Assembly: GCA_036398035.1 (NCBI GenBank)
Contig: DASWHU010000042.1
Location: 1-37,451 of the forward strand
DNA: 37,451 nucleotides
Direction of reading: 5' to 3'
Source of the DNA: Alphaproteobacteria bacterium
Lineage (GTDB): Bacteria > Pseudomonadota > Alphaproteobacteria > UBA7887
In this document: positions 36,871 through 37,451 of the stretch, piece after piece
Layout: every line of letters begins with the position of its first letter
Numbering within the stretch: position 1 is the first letter of the stretch
Made by a program: the position numbers and the translations under genes
The notes under the pieces: model-generated
Databases searched by the model: none
What the model saw: the letters and a program-made list of their open reading frames with translations, nothing else
What the model was told of the DNA's origin: nothing

Positions 36871-37002
36871 GTGCCGGCCTCTGCGGCAGAGGATGTGCTC
36901 AACCTCGCGCGTCGGTTCGACGCCAATGATCGCACCTCGGCGAAGCCGCTCGATGAGAAGCTCAGCCTCGCCGAGCCCATGCGCCGCTTCGACGCGATCT
37001 AG
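36871..37002 (+). pseudogene. 3' remnant of a second RraA-like gene
   Basis: VPASAAEDVLNLARRFDANDRTSAKPLDEKLSLAEPMRRFDAI* aligns with the C-terminus of the intact gene (VPAAAAEQVLRLARQFDANDRASAKLLDQGLSLADAMRRYDTI*). 93 of the last 114 nt are identical by hand alignment. Confidence 0.7.
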
Positions 37003-37451
37003 CCCCGCTTGGTGCGGGCGAAGAACTTAGCCATGGCGGCTTGGGGCTCGCCCGACTCGTAAGCCGCGCGCTGGAGGGGGACAGCGGCCTCGAACACCTC
37101 GTCGAAGCCGGCCTGGGTCATCTGGCGCAGGCGCCGCTTGGTGAGCCGCAGCGCATTCGGCGGCTTGGCGGCGAGCTCGCGCACCGCGGCGCGCGCCTCA
37201 TCCAGCACCTCCGCGGCCGGCACCAGCCGGGTCAACAGGCCGAGCCGCAAGGCCTCCTCGGCCTCGACCAGGCGGCCGGTCAGCGCCAAGTCGCGGGTCT
37301 GGGCGTGGCCCAAAGTGAGGCTCATCAGGTGCACGCCGATGACGCTTGCCAGGCCGGCGTTGATCTCGGGCTGGCCCATGCGCACCCCGGCATGGCCGAT
37401 GCGCAGGTCGCACAGCAGCGCGAGCTGGTAGCCCGCGCCCGCGGCGACGCC
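36999..37451 (-). CDS. enoyl-CoA hydratase/isomerase family protein (N-terminus outside the window)
   Basis: The frame is open to the window edge. GVAAGAGYQLALLCDLRIG...GQPEINAGL is the crotonase active-site region. The stop shares the CTAG at 36999-37002 with the RraA remnant. Confidence 0.85.
   Translation of the reverse strand, partial: GVAAGAGYQLALLCDLRIGHAGVRMGQPEINAGLASVIGVHLMSLTLGHAQTRDLALTGRLVEAEEALRLGLLTRLVPAAEVLDEARAAVRELAAKPPNALRLTKRRLRQMTQAGFDEVFEAAVPLQRAAYESGEPQAAMAKFFARTKRG

Overview
High-GC (about 68-70%) alphaproteobacterial-type chromosomal window that is densely coded. From left to right it contains five blocks. (1) Housekeeping genes: the glyS tail, ppdK, tag and ygfZ. (2) Five overlapping, probably translationally coupled envelope-glycan genes (GT1, GT9 heptosyltransferase-like, GT2, GT1, AsnB-like amidotransferase), followed by otsA, a J-domain membrane protein, an SDR and aroE. 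(3) Three tandem polytopic GT-C/GT39-like membrane glycosyltransferases, converging on a PAPS-type sulfotransferase and a membrane-anchored arylsulfotransferase-like protein. (4) DUF1330 and an hsp20 gene, the latter with an RpoH-type promoter and a ROSE-like RNA thermometer. (5) A catabolic cluster: HpcH-family aldolase, D-2-hydroxyacid dehydrogenase, ADP-forming acyl-CoA synthetase, RraA-like protein and enoyl-CoA hydratase. The main observation is that the overlapping aldolase/dehydrogenase gene pair is split by a 6.8-kb insertion. The insertion is bounded by 124-bp direct repeats (3 mismatches, copies exactly 6800 bp apart). It carries no recombinase. It encodes a membrane-spanning SARP/BTAD-TPR regulator, divergent from an operon of a B12-binding radical SAM enzyme plus five predicted cysteine-paired lipoproteins. 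The distal part of that operon drops to about 50% GC. I cannot place this module in any pathway I know. Further right, a tRNA-Leu(UAA) is flanked by transposase scraps. A diverged remnant of the 3' end of an RraA-like gene marks a second rearrangement, around a cytochrome c gene. No CRISPR array, reverse transcriptase, integrase or rRNA was seen. All functional calls rest on motif recognition by eye, not on database searches.
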